From Clostridia bacterium (GTDB lineage Bacteria > Bacillota > Clostridia > TANB77 > RGIG9151), in contig JAFSUW010000036.1 of NCBI GenBank assembly GCA_017450465.1, positions 781 through 32,780 on the forward strand: a stretch of 32,000 nt of DNA. Reading direction: 5' to 3'. The position numbers and the translations under genes were made by a program. The notes beneath the pieces were generated by a model. The model searched no databases. It was not told where the DNA came from and saw only the letters and a list, made by a program, of their open reading frames with translations. Below are positions 11,339 through 21,054 of this stretch, piece by piece. The first letter of the stretch is position 1, and each line of letters begins with the position of its first letter.

Positions 11339-13045
11339 ATGTTAAAAATAAATAATTTCTTAAAATCAAATAAGGGTTTATATACTATTATTGCTCTTTT
11401 ATCAGCCATAGCTTTTATAAGTATATATGGTACAAAAATACTAAATCCTACTTATGTAGATTGGCTCTTTCAAAATGAAGATCTAACGCAACATTACCTT
11501 GGATGGAGAGCATTTCGTGAAAGTGCGTGGCATTTTCCTATCGGTATGATTGATACTTTAGCTTATCCAAATTTAACTTCTATAATATTTACCGACTCAA
11601 TTCCTATAATGGCAATTTTCTTTAAAATGATTTCAGCTTTTTTGCCTTCTAATTTTCAATACTTCGGATTTTGGGGAATTTTGTGTTTTATTTTGCAAGG
11701 CATTTTAACAGCAAAAATAGTAAAAAAATATACAAATAATAATATCGCAATTATTCTATTTAGTATATTATTGACTTTTACACCTGCTATGATATTTAGG
11801 ATGTATTATCATTCCGCATTAGCTGGACAATGGGTTATTTTACTTGGGCTAAATATTATTTTTAATCATAAGGATTATTCTAGTGCTAAAAAAGCACATA
11901 TTTATATAGCATTATTGGGCGCTTTATCTGCTTTTATTCACATATACTTTGTTTTAATGAATGGTATTATACTTATTGGATTTTGCATCCTAAATTTTTT
12001 AAATAAAAAACACATAAAAGAAATTATATATTACCTTGTTACTTATTTAATGGCAGCTACTGCATCAACCGCTCTACTCGGCGGATTTTATTCCGGAACA
12101 ATAATGAGTGATTTAGGCCTAGGTAAATATAGTCTTAACTTAAACAGCTTTTTTAACCCAATCGGATGGTCATGTATTATACCACCACTTCCTCTATATA
12201 ACGATTTGCAATATGAGGGCTTTGCATATCTAGGAATTGGTGCGATTATTTTACTAGTACTCTCATTAATTTGGCTAATAAAATTTTATGACTTAAAAAA
12301 ATTATTCTTTAATAACTGGAGAAAAATAGTATCACTTTTTATAATAATGCTTATATCTCTCATAATGGCTTTATCACCAACAATAAGCTTTTTTTCACAT
12401 TCAATATCAATACCTATTCCAAATATTATTACTAAACTGTGGGGAATATTTCGCGCTTCTGGTAGAATTTCGTGGCCTATAATCTACATTATAGAAATCA
12501 GCTCTTTTATCATAATATCTAAAAAAATTACAGGAACAAAAAAACTTATTGCCATAGCATTAGTTATTCTTGCTATTCAAGTTTTTGACCTACATAAGAC
12601 AACTACTAATATTTATGATGAATTTAATGACAAAAAAACATATGTCACTGAATTAAAAAACGTAGAATTTTGGGATACAATTGCTAAAAACAAAACTATT
12701 GAACATATTGCAATGGGTGCACTCCCTACAAGAACATTTTTGTTTTCACTCACCGACTGGGCATTAACTAATGACAAAACATTAAACAATTTTTATTTTG
12801 CGCGAGAACTATCTGATGATATGTTATTAGAGGGGAATATGGCATTTGTGGAAGTACCGGAAAATTACATTTTTATTTTCCCAAGAATAAACCAAAAAGG
12901 TGCTCTTTTTATCCCTTTATACTATGAACTAGAATGCAATCTACATTATTACCTTATTGACGATACGTTAATAGGATACGTTAATGAAATTGACGGTTTT
13001 ACAGAAATACACGAATGCGATTTTGCAAATTTTATAGAAAAATAA
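11339..13045 (+). CDS. large polytopic membrane protein (about 12 or more TM helices plus a C-terminal soluble domain); possibly DUF6311/GT-C-like
   Basis: The start is moved to the ATG at 11339, 7 nt after an AGGAGG SD; the track start at 11309 has no SD. The hydrophobicity pattern and the motif HYLGWRAFRESAWHFPIGMI...TDSIPIMAIF recall DUF6311-type proteins. That family assignment is unverified. Confidence 0.6.
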   Translation: MLKINNFLKSNKGLYTIIALLSAIAFISIYGTKILNPTYVDWLFQNEDLTQHYLGWRAFRESAWHFPIGMIDTLAYPNLTSIIFTDSIPIMAIFFKMISAFLPSNFQYFGFWGILCFILQGILTAKIVKKYTNNNIAIILFSILLTFTPAMIFRMYYHSALAGQWVILLGLNIIFNHKDYSSAKKAHIYIALLGALSAFIHIYFVLMNGIILIGFCILNFLNKKHIKEIIYYLVTYLMAATASTALLGGFYSGTIMSDLGLGKYSLNLNSFFNPIGWSCIIPPLPLYNDLQYEGFAYLGIGAIILLVLSLIWLIKFYDLKKLFFNNWRKIVSLFIIMLISLIMALSPTISFFSHSISIPIPNIITKLWGIFRASGRISWPIIYIIEISSFIIISKKITGTKKLIAIALVILAIQVFDLHKTTTNIYDEFNDKKTYVTELKNVEFWDTIAKNKTIEHIAMGALPTRTFLFSLTDWALTNDKTLNNFYFARELSDDMLLEGNMAFVEVPENYIFIFPRINQKGALFIPLYYELECNLHYYLIDDTLIGYVNEIDGFTEIHECDFANFIEK

Positions 13046-13080
13046 AGAAGATGGTCTTATTAACCATCCTTCTTTTTTTA
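13046..13080. terminator. bidirectional intrinsic terminator shared by the membrane-protein gene and alr
   Basis: AAGAAGATGGT-loop-ACCATCCTTCTT followed by TTTTT on the plus strand. The reverse complement is also followed by a T-rich run. It sits between convergent stop codons. Confidence 0.75.
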
Positions 13081-13084
13081 TCAT

Positions 13085-14179
13085 TTAGTTTTCACATTCT
13101 CTTTCTACCCTTTTGCCAATACCCGCAATTATCTCATAATTTATCGTACCGGCTAATGCTGCTAAGTCTTCTACTGTGACTAATTCATTGTCAAACAAGT
13201 ATACCTTATCGCCAACTTTTACATCTATATTCGTAACATCTACCATTATCATGTCCATGCAAACGGTTCCTACTACTTTTACCTTTTGGCCATTTATAAC
13301 TACTTCTGCTTTATTTGAAAAACTGCGTCTATATCCATCAGCATAGCCAACAGGTACTACCGCTATTTTTGATTTTTTATTAGTTACAAATGTTTTATTA
13401 TAACTAATAGCACTACCTTTTGGCACTTCTTTAATATATGTTACTTCTGATACCCATTTTTCAACGGGCTTTATATCTATTCTCCCTTTTATGCTTTCAT
13501 CTGGATAATACCCATACAAAATCAAACCTGGTCTTACTAAGTCATAATTTGCTTCAGGATAATTAATTATAGCAGCACTATTTGAAGCATGTGCTTTTAC
13601 ATTTAATCCATAAGATTTTACAATTTCTATCGCTTTATCAAACTTTTCTATTTGATTTAGTGTATATTCGTCATCACAATCACTACAAGTAAAATGAGTA
13701 TATATGCCATCTAATTCTATGTTCTTTAGCGTTAAAATGTATTTTACTATATCTTTTACATTATTTAATAAAACACCATTTCTACCAGCACCTGTATCTA
13801 CTTCTAAGTGGATTTTTATGGTCACATTTTTCTTTGATGCAACTTCGTTTAATTTCATTAAAAACTCTTTATCACAAGCTCCACAAATTAAATTATTACT
13901 AACTATAGTTTCTATATCCTCTTTAGGTGGTTGATTTAGTATTAGTATGTTTAAGTCATTATTTAAACTACGAATATTACTACCTTCTATAGCATTTGCT
14001 ACCGCAACATATTCTATGTTGTTTTTTAATAGTGTATCAATCAATTTACATACCCCATTACCGTACGCATCTGCCTTTACTACTGCTATTATTTTGGTAT
14101 TTTTATTTATTTTGCTTTTTATTTGGTTTATATTATGTGCAAAATTCGTAAGATTTATCTGTAATTTTGATGTACTCAT
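13085..14179 (-). CDS. alr: alanine racemase
   Basis: 364 aa. It has the PLP-lysine motif AVVKADAYGNG and the C-terminal VPVGYADGYRR and GTVCMDMIMVD motifs. Confidence 0.93.
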   Translation of the reverse strand: MSTSKLQINLTNFAHNINQIKSKINKNTKIIAVVKADAYGNGVCKLIDTLLKNNIEYVAVANAIEGSNIRSLNNDLNILILNQPPKEDIETIVSNNLICGACDKEFLMKLNEVASKKNVTIKIHLEVDTGAGRNGVLLNNVKDIVKYILTLKNIELDGIYTHFTCSDCDDEYTLNQIEKFDKAIEIVKSYGLNVKAHASNSAAIINYPEANYDLVRPGLILYGYYPDESIKGRIDIKPVEKWVSEVTYIKEVPKGSAISYNKTFVTNKKSKIAVVPVGYADGYRRSFSNKAEVVINGQKVKVVGTVCMDMIMVDVTNIDVKVGDKVYLFDNELVTVEDLAALAGTINYEIIAGIGKRVERECEN

Positions 14180-14221
14180 ATATCCTCCTAGCTAAATTAT
14201 ATGATATTTTAAAAAATTTAT

Positions 14222-14241
14222 GACCGATGTTTTCATCGGCC
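14222..14241 (-). repeat. GC-rich hairpin repeat, copy 2; probably also the terminator after the PilZ gene
   Basis: Minus-strand RNA GGCCGAUG-AAAA-CAUCGGUC followed by AUAAAUUUUUU. The one arm difference from copy 1 is a G-U wobble in the minus-sense RNA but an A-C mismatch in the plus sense. Confidence 0.6.
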
Positions 14242-14255
14242 ACATTTACTATTAA

Positions 14256-14588
14256 TTATTTTACAAAAAACATTATTTCTGACAAATTAGTAAGTTGACT
14301 TTCTTTTAAATTAGCAAATTCTACAGCATATGAATTAATACCTTGTCCCATTTCAGTTCTTCTTTTTATAACGCCATCAAGATTTAAAACATTATCTTTA
14401 AGTTTGTTTCTAATAGTAAGAACTGCATGTATATCTTCATCTATATCAAATGTAGCTGGAGAAGTAAATTTCATTCCACCTGCTGATATATCTGTTAAGC
14501 CAATTTCATACCAGTTTTTCTTATCAGTAGTTACATTAAACATTCCGACTGGATTGTCATATCTTTCAAATCTTCTTTTATTACTCAT
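14256..14588 (-). CDS. single-domain PilZ protein (predicted c-di-GMP receptor)
   Basis: Both canonical PilZ motifs are present: RRFER (RxxxR) and DISAGG (D/NxSxxG). The start is set at the ATG at 14588, 8 nt after AAAGGA. Only 19 nt separate it from the carD-like stop. Confidence 0.8.
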   Translation of the reverse strand: MSNKRRFERYDNPVGMFNVTTDKKNWYEIGLTDISAGGMKFTSPATFDIDEDIHAVLTIRNKLKDNVLNLDGVIKRRTEMGQGINSYAVEFANLKESQLTNLSEIMFFVK

Positions 14589-14607
14589 AACTACCATCCT
14601 TTCACAA

Positions 14608-15096
14608 TTATTCTTTCTCTATGCCTAACTTTTCGTCAATAAGAGCCTCTACTTCTTCCTTTGTCCCTTGTTCTGCTAAAATAAGTTCACTTACTAGAAT
14701 TTGTTTTGCACTATTGTAGAGTTTCTTCTCACCTGCAGATAGACCTTTGTCAGAATTTTTGTGAGCAAGATTTTTAACTACTTCTGCAACTTCTAATATA
14801 TTTCCGCTCTTAATTTTGTCCATATTTTCTCTATAACGCTTGTTCCAATTTGCATTCATAGCACTTTGTTCGCCTGATAATGCATTTAAAACACGATCAG
14901 CGTCTTTATATTTTATAACTTCTCTTAAACCTACTTTTAATGCATTAGCAGTAGGTACCATAACTTGTATATCACCAACTGGCATTTTCATTATGTAGTA
15001 TTTTTGTTTTTGACCTAAAATCTCGCGTTCCTCGATAGATTCTATGACACCCGCGCCGTGCATCGGGTAAACTACTTTATCACCTATATTGAACAT
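14608..15096 (-). CDS. CarD/CdnL family transcriptional regulator
   Basis: MFNIGDKVVYPMHGAGVIESIEE is the typical CarD N-terminal RNAP-interacting domain. The start is chosen at 15096, 10 nt after a GGGGGG SD. Confidence 0.85.
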   Translation of the reverse strand: MFNIGDKVVYPMHGAGVIESIEEREILGQKQKYYIMKMPVGDIQVMVPTANALKVGLREVIKYKDADRVLNALSGEQSAMNANWNKRYRENMDKIKSGNILEVAEVVKNLAHKNSDKGLSAGEKKLYNSAKQILVSELILAEQGTKEEVEALIDEKLGIEKE

Positions 15097-15147
15097 ATTC
15101 TTCATGCCCCCCAACGTTTAATATTATAACACGAAATTTGAATTTTG

Positions 15148-16209
15148 TCAAAACCTAATATCAAAAAGTGTTTGCTCCCTCATTCTTTTTAAACCATCGC
15201 TTATATTTTTAGCACGAATTTCACCTATTCCATCGACATCATCAAGCTCTGTTATGCTTGCATTCATAATGCCTTGAAGGTCTCCAAACTGTGATACTAA
15301 CTTATCTATTATGAAACTTGGCATACGAGGTATCATAGAAAGAACTCTATAACCTCTTGCCTTAATTAGCATATCTGATTGTGTAACACCAGAATATCCT
15401 AAAATTTTTGATAAATAATTTGTATCATTTAGCTCTGTATATGTCAAATCTTTTATGCCTAATTTTGCATTTTCTACGTCCTTTTCGTCACCTTTTATAT
15501 AATCCCTTACAATTAACTCTAAGTCAAACTTAGTATCGCCTATAAGCTCATTTAACTGCATTTCCACTAGTCTACTCTCATCACCAAGTTCGTAAATGTA
15601 ACGTTCTACCTCTGTTGCAATTTTTAATACCATCTCTATTCTTTGAATAGCGCTGCACACATTTTCTAGAGTTACCATGTCTTCAAATTCTAGAGCATTT
15701 AAGTTATTCATAACTCCATCAAGTGAAGATTTATATTTTTCAAGTGTCTGAAGTGCCTGGTTAGCACGTGTTAATACAACGCCTGTATCAGGAAGTACAT
15801 ATCTTTGGCTGCCTTTAAAAAGCGTTATTACGTTTCTTCTTTGAGATATACTAATTACGAGTTCACCTGTTTGTTTTGCTACTCTTTCAGCTGTTCTATG
15901 CCTTGTTCCAGTTTCTGTTGTTGGAATATTACGCTCTGGCGTAAGTTGTGCATTTGCATATAATATTCTCTTTAAGTCTTTACTTACAACTATAGCGCCA
16001 TCCATTTTTGCAAGTTCATATAAAAGTGCTGGTGAATAATCTTGATTTACTTCAAAACCACCATCTACAACACTTAAAACTTCTTTTGAATCTCCTACCA
16101 CAATAAGTCCACCAGTTCTTGCTTTTAAGACATTTTCAAGTCCCTCTCTAAAGCTTGTCCCAGGTGCAATAATTTTTAATACATCGATTACTTCTTTATC
16201 TTCCCACAT
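15148..16209 (-). CDS. disA: DNA integrity scanning protein DisA (diadenylate cyclase)
   Basis: 353 aa with DAC-domain motifs DGAIVV and GTRHRTAERVAKQTG. The C-terminal HhH region contains VDGIGEIRAKNI. Confidence 0.95.
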   Translation of the reverse strand: MWEDKEVIDVLKIIAPGTSFREGLENVLKARTGGLIVVGDSKEVLSVVDGGFEVNQDYSPALLYELAKMDGAIVVSKDLKRILYANAQLTPERNIPTTETGTRHRTAERVAKQTGELVISISQRRNVITLFKGSQRYVLPDTGVVLTRANQALQTLEKYKSSLDGVMNNLNALEFEDMVTLENVCSAIQRIEMVLKIATEVERYIYELGDESRLVEMQLNELIGDTKFDLELIVRDYIKGDEKDVENAKLGIKDLTYTELNDTNYLSKILGYSGVTQSDMLIKARGYRVLSMIPRMPSFIIDKLVSQFGDLQGIMNASITELDDVDGIGEIRAKNISDGLKRMREQTLFDIRF

Positions 16210-16239
16210 GATAAGTAAGCTCCTTTCAGCTTAATATAA

Positions 16240-17595
16240 TTAAACTATTATTTCCTTTACAAGATCACTCAAATTATCTGCTTCGATTATTTCTATATTA
16301 AAATTATTGTCTATATTTTTTAAATTATTTTTAGGTATAACGCAATACTTAAATCCTGTTTTCTCTGCTTCGTAGATCCTTTTTTCTATAAAATTAACGT
16401 TTCTAATTTCGCCTGTAAGCCCAACTTCACCTATTATGACTCCGCCTGGCTTTATCGGCTTATTCTTAAAACTAGACACTATCGCAAGTATAACTCCTAA
16501 ATCTACAGCAGGTTCGTTTATTTTTACGCCCCCTGCTACATTTAAGTAAATATCTTGATCATACAGCATAAACCCAGCTTTTTTCTCCAAAACTGCTGTA
16601 AGAAGTGTAACCCTGTTATAATCAACTCCCGTAGACATTCTTCGTGGCATACCAAATGGAGTTTTACTACTTAAAGCTTGTATTTCAACAAGCATTGGCC
16701 GTGTTCCTTCCATCGTGCAAACAACAACAGAACCCGGCATTGATTTATCTTTTGATAAAAATAACTCAGATGAATCTTTTACTTCTACCATACCTTCTGT
16801 TTGCATTTCAAAAATTCCAATTTCGTTTGTAGAACCAAATCTATTCTTTACTGCTCTAAGTATTCTATACGAGAAAGAACTTTCGCCTTCTAAATACAAA
16901 ACCGTATCAACCATATGCTCCAAAACTCTAGGTCCTGCAATGGCTCCTTCTTTAGTAACATGACCAATAATAAGTGTTGTAATGCCGCGTTTCTTTGCTA
17001 TTTCCATAAACTTCGCTGTAACACTACGAACTTGTCCTACACTTCCTGCGGTGCTTTCCATTGTTGGATCATACATAGTTTGAATTGAATCTATAACAAG
17101 TAGTTGCGGCGCACATTCATCGATACGCGATTCTATGTTTAACATATCTGTTTCGCCAAGGAATAGTATTTTGTTGCTATTCACTTTTAAGCGTTCAGCA
17201 CGCATTTTTACTTGGCTACCAGATTCTTCACCCGATACATATAAAATTTTACCATCAATATTTATTTTGTCACACATTTGAAGAATGAGTGTAGATTTTC
17301 CAATACCAGGGTCTCCACCAACTAGTGTTAAAGAGCCCTTCGTAAGTCCACCACCTAAAACATGATTAAACTCATGAAAACCGGTATCAAATCTATATCC
17401 TTCTTCTATTGCAATATCCGAAAGCAAAACTGGCTTTACACTTTCTGAGGCAACTTTTTTTTCGTTACCTTTTGAAACTACTACTTTTTCTTCAACCATA
17501 GTATTCCATTCATTACAAGCTGGGCATTTACCTACCCACTTTGCTGATTCATAACCACAATTATTGCAAAAAAACACAGTAGTTGATTTTGCCAT
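16240..17595 (-). CDS. radA: DNA repair protein RadA/Sms
   Basis: Zinc finger CNNCGYESAKWVGKCPACNEW, Walker A GDPGIGKST, the KNRFG motif and a Lon-like C-terminal domain. Confidence 0.96.
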   Translation of the reverse strand: MAKSTTVFFCNNCGYESAKWVGKCPACNEWNTMVEEKVVVSKGNEKKVASESVKPVLLSDIAIEEGYRFDTGFHEFNHVLGGGLTKGSLTLVGGDPGIGKSTLILQMCDKINIDGKILYVSGEESGSQVKMRAERLKVNSNKILFLGETDMLNIESRIDECAPQLLVIDSIQTMYDPTMESTAGSVGQVRSVTAKFMEIAKKRGITTLIIGHVTKEGAIAGPRVLEHMVDTVLYLEGESSFSYRILRAVKNRFGSTNEIGIFEMQTEGMVEVKDSSELFLSKDKSMPGSVVVCTMEGTRPMLVEIQALSSKTPFGMPRRMSTGVDYNRVTLLTAVLEKKAGFMLYDQDIYLNVAGGVKINEPAVDLGVILAIVSSFKNKPIKPGGVIIGEVGLTGEIRNVNFIEKRIYEAEKTGFKYCVIPKNNLKNIDNNFNIEIIEADNLSDLVKEIIV

Positions 17596-17615
17596 ATTTT
17601 ACTCCTTCTTAAAGA

Positions 17616-19532
17616 CTATTTACCCTTCTTTATTAATTTATCTAATACAATGATAAACATTGCATGTGACCAAGAAAGTTGCATAACCCATGCTGGATTG
17701 CCATTAAATTTATCTACCTGTTCTGGTAAGAAGCCAAGATTCGTAGCATGCTTTACTGCCCACATAAATAATTCTTTGCCTCTTTCCAAATCTCCTGCTT
17801 CTATGTAATATAGCGAAAGCCAAAGCGTTGATATAACCCAAGGATTTCCGCCTATATATGAATCACCTTCATAACGTCCATATCCACCAGATGGGAAACC
17901 ATCTAAGTGTTCTTCTATCGATTTTACAGTTTTCTTTATTTTATCATCTTTTACATCAAACACATCAAAGGGAACTACAAGACCAAGCAAGCTAATATCA
18001 ACTGTTGGGTCTTTTTCTGCTACTGGTACTTTATAGTTAAATTTATTAGCATTTAATTCAACTGTTGGACAATTCCACCAGTTAAGTCTTGTACGCGTAC
18101 CACGCAAAAATCTTTTCATCTCGTCACTCCAAAGATGTGCAGCGATTGCTTTTTTTAGTTTATCTGCTTCGCTTTCCCAATGCTCTGCAAGTGGTATTTC
18201 GACATTTAATTCGCGCGAAGTTTTTGCTGCCGCGATTAAAGCACCATATACGGATGCTGCAGAATATGTATGTTCACCAAAACGTTCTTCCCATATGTCA
18301 TATGATGCATTTGGTAAACCAGTTTCGGGATCTATAAATCCTGTTAAGAAATTAGCAGCCTTCTTTACTGTTCCCCACATTTCTTCTAAGAAATTTATCT
18401 TCTTCGCATATCCATAGTGTTCCCAAATACCATATATTATTGATGAAACTTCATCTACTTGTACTCCCCAAGAAGGTGCAAGACGTCCATCTAAATAATA
18501 TCTTTGCTGCCACTTCCCATCAAGTAATTGTGCTTTTTTAGCCCAAACTGTATAAAACTTTTCTGCTTCTTCATACATACCACATATATCAAATGCTTTT
18601 GTTATAAATACTCCATCTCTTGGCCAACAATAGCCGTATCTACCACATCTAGTAAACTTCTCATCTATTTCTGAAGCAGCAAGTATCGCTCCTGTATCTT
18701 TATTAGTAAATAACGCAAATGTAAGTAACGATTTTATATATATGTCATCTACTTTTTCATTATTGGTTACAAATTGCTTTTTCGAAGCAAAATACTCACT
18801 CCAATATTTCTTTTCTTTTTCCACTAAATCAACTATTTTTTCTCTTTTTACGTTTGCAAACATATCTATACTTTCATGAATATCTTTCGAGAAGCAGAAA
18901 AATAAATTAAACTCAAGTTTATTCTTACCGCCGCACTCACCAAGGCACCACTTTGCTGCAGTATCCGAAGTCATAGATATATCATCTTTACCATATAAAG
19001 TATCTTCTGTAGTAGCTGCTTTTGCATTTTCACCAAACTGGAACCCAGTCATAGCAGAATTTGAACCAATTGCTATAGCTGATTCTTTATTATAAATAAC
19101 TATTGACTCAGTTTCAAAATCCATAATACTACTTCTAATGTTCATAGAATCAGTAACAAAATCTGTATGTAAAAATGCATCTATATAAAAGTTTTTATCG
19201 CCCATACTCTCGATTTTATAATTTCTGACTAAAATATCTCTGCCATTTGTCACAAAGTCCCTTTGGTATACTTTAAGACCTATGTCAGAGTTTTCAAATG
19301 TTGTAACTAATATATTTGAATTTGGCTCATAATACTGTTCTGTATACCAGAGATTATCGTTCAAAAATTTAGTCGGTGTATTATCCAACTTAAAACCAAT
19401 AGATATACTATTTATCTGTTGATAATAATCTGGTTCTGGCCAAAAAATTCTATTCAATTCTCCTTTGTCAGTAAAGGTTGCAAGCAACTTCCCGTTGCCC
19501 GTTATTCCATGGTTAAAATAAGTTCTACCCAA
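17616..19532 (-). CDS. glycoside hydrolase family 15 protein (glucoamylase/glucodextranase/trehalase-like), no signal peptide
   Basis: About 638 aa with an N-terminal beta-sandwich and a C-terminal (alpha/alpha)6-type region: YGYCWPRDG, DIWEERFGEHTYS, WSHAMF. The start is probably the TTG at 19532, 9 nt after GAGG. The track GTG at 19547 overlaps that SD. Confidence 0.8.
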   Translation of the reverse strand: MGRTYFNHGITGNGKLLATFTDKGELNRIFWPEPDYYQQINSISIGFKLDNTPTKFLNDNLWYTEQYYEPNSNILVTTFENSDIGLKVYQRDFVTNGRDILVRNYKIESMGDKNFYIDAFLHTDFVTDSMNIRSSIMDFETESIVIYNKESAIAIGSNSAMTGFQFGENAKAATTEDTLYGKDDISMTSDTAAKWCLGECGGKNKLEFNLFFCFSKDIHESIDMFANVKREKIVDLVEKEKKYWSEYFASKKQFVTNNEKVDDIYIKSLLTFALFTNKDTGAILAASEIDEKFTRCGRYGYCWPRDGVFITKAFDICGMYEEAEKFYTVWAKKAQLLDGKWQQRYYLDGRLAPSWGVQVDEVSSIIYGIWEHYGYAKKINFLEEMWGTVKKAANFLTGFIDPETGLPNASYDIWEERFGEHTYSAASVYGALIAAAKTSRELNVEIPLAEHWESEADKLKKAIAAHLWSDEMKRFLRGTRTRLNWWNCPTVELNANKFNYKVPVAEKDPTVDISLLGLVVPFDVFDVKDDKIKKTVKSIEEHLDGFPSGGYGRYEGDSYIGGNPWVISTLWLSLYYIEAGDLERGKELFMWAVKHATNLGFLPEQVDKFNGNPAWVMQLSWSHAMFIIVLDKLIKKGK

Positions 19533-19688
19533 AAAAATCAGCCTCACTTTTCATTTGTAATAATTCACTATATATATTACATAAATTTACGAAAAAAATC
19601 AAGCCATTTTTAGATTATTGGACAGTTTATTTAATATTTAAATTATTGATTTTAATATTAAAAATAATTTACCTAAACATTACTATTC

Positions 19689-19717
19689 TTGACATCTACA
19701 CTAAAAAAATATATTAT
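19689..19717 (+). promoter_or_regulatory. putative sigma-A-type promoter of the GT2-mgtC-murA block
   Basis: TTGACA-N17-TATTAT, about 40 nt upstream of the GT2 start. Confidence 0.6.
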
Positions 19718-19758
19718 ATATAAGTATAAGTTTAATTATTGCTGAAAGGGAGATTATA

Positions 19759-21018
19759 ATGCCTGTTATACAAAAAGGTGTTTTATACTTTTTAAGTGCA
19801 TTCTTTCAAATTATTTTGTTAATACTCGGAATATATTTTTTTGTTATACAAATTGTTGGTTGGATAAAAAGAAAAGAAGTTCCTTCTTCTAGTTTTAAGC
19901 CAGTCAAAAAATTTGCTATGATAGTCGCAGCGCACAACGAAGAAATGGTTGTCGGAGAGCTGATTGACAGTTTGGTTGCTATGGATTATCCAAAAGAATT
20001 ATATGATGTTTTTGTTATTGCAGATAATTGTACTGATAGGACAGCTCACATCGCGGGAAAACATGGTGCTATTGTTCTTGAAAGAAATAATAATATTGAA
20101 AAAGGTAAAGGTTTCGCACTTAAATGGGCTTTTGATAAGATTTTCAAAATGGACAAGAATTACGATGCTTTTTGCATATTTGATGCAGACAATTTAGTAA
20201 GTCCAAATTTTCTTCTTGAAATGAATAAACAAATGTGTAGAGGATATCGTGTAATTCAGGGCTACATAGATAGCAAAAATCCTTTTGATTCTTGGATGAC
20301 CGCTTCTTATTCTATCGCATTCTGGACTGCAAATAGACTATACCAACTACCTAGATATTACCTTGGTATGTCATGTGGTTTATGCGGTACGGGATTTTGC
20401 GTGGAATCTAACATCATAAAAGAAAAGGGTTGGAACGCTACATGTCTTACTGAAGACCTTGAATTTACAATGAAACTTGCTCTTGATAACATATATGTTG
20501 GCTGGGCTCATGATGCTATAGTATACGATGAAAAACCACTAACATTAAAGCAATCTTGGAATCAGCGTATTAGATGGATGCAAGGATATGCAGAATGTAC
20601 AGGAAGATTTTTTGGTAGCTTATTGCATAAAGCTATAAAAGAAAAAAATTTGGTTGCATTTGACTGTGCTACATATCTTTTGCAACCACTTAGAATAATA
20701 GTTTTTGGAATAATTACAATACTTGCCTACTTCCAATTTTTCCATCCACAAGGTAATGTGTTCCAAATGAATTACATCATTCCAAACTATATTTGGGCTA
20801 TCTTAATCGTTGCACAATTTTTATATGGTCCATTAATAATTATGTCTGAAAAGAGATTTAATTTTAAGGTATTATTATCTTATATAATTTATCCTTTCTA
20901 CAACCTAACTTGGGTACCAATTACTTTAATCGGTGCCTTACATTCAGACAAAAAAGAATGGAGTCATACATTACATACAAGAAATATTGACATTAGTGAA
21001 TTAAAAAAAGTAGAATAG
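19759..21018 (+). CDS. membrane-embedded family 2 glycosyltransferase, processive synthase type (D, DxD, TED, QxxRW)
   Basis: 419 aa. It has an N-terminal TM helix, then AAHNEE, FDADN, TEDLE and QRIRWMQG (the Q-x-x-R-W motif), and about 4 C-terminal TM helices. GGGAG SD. Confidence 0.8.
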   Translation: MPVIQKGVLYFLSAFFQIILLILGIYFFVIQIVGWIKRKEVPSSSFKPVKKFAMIVAAHNEEMVVGELIDSLVAMDYPKELYDVFVIADNCTDRTAHIAGKHGAIVLERNNNIEKGKGFALKWAFDKIFKMDKNYDAFCIFDADNLVSPNFLLEMNKQMCRGYRVIQGYIDSKNPFDSWMTASYSIAFWTANRLYQLPRYYLGMSCGLCGTGFCVESNIIKEKGWNATCLTEDLEFTMKLALDNIYVGWAHDAIVYDEKPLTLKQSWNQRIRWMQGYAECTGRFFGSLLHKAIKEKNLVAFDCATYLLQPLRIIVFGIITILAYFQFFHPQGNVFQMNYIIPNYIWAILIVAQFLYGPLIIMSEKRFNFKVLLSYIIYPFYNLTWVPITLIGALHSDKKEWSHTLHTRNIDISELKKVE

Positions 21019-21054
21019 GTTTGCACTAAAAATACTTATTTGGGGAGGATAAAA

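Noticed and set aside
19548-19758. The 210-nt GH15/GT2 divergent spacer and the 300-nt pilB/mecA spacer (30238..30536) as possible riboswitch or sRNA sites
   Set aside because: Both are extremely AT-rich. They have no G+C-rich island, no convincing stems and no terminator-like hairpin. They are best explained as divergent promoter regions.
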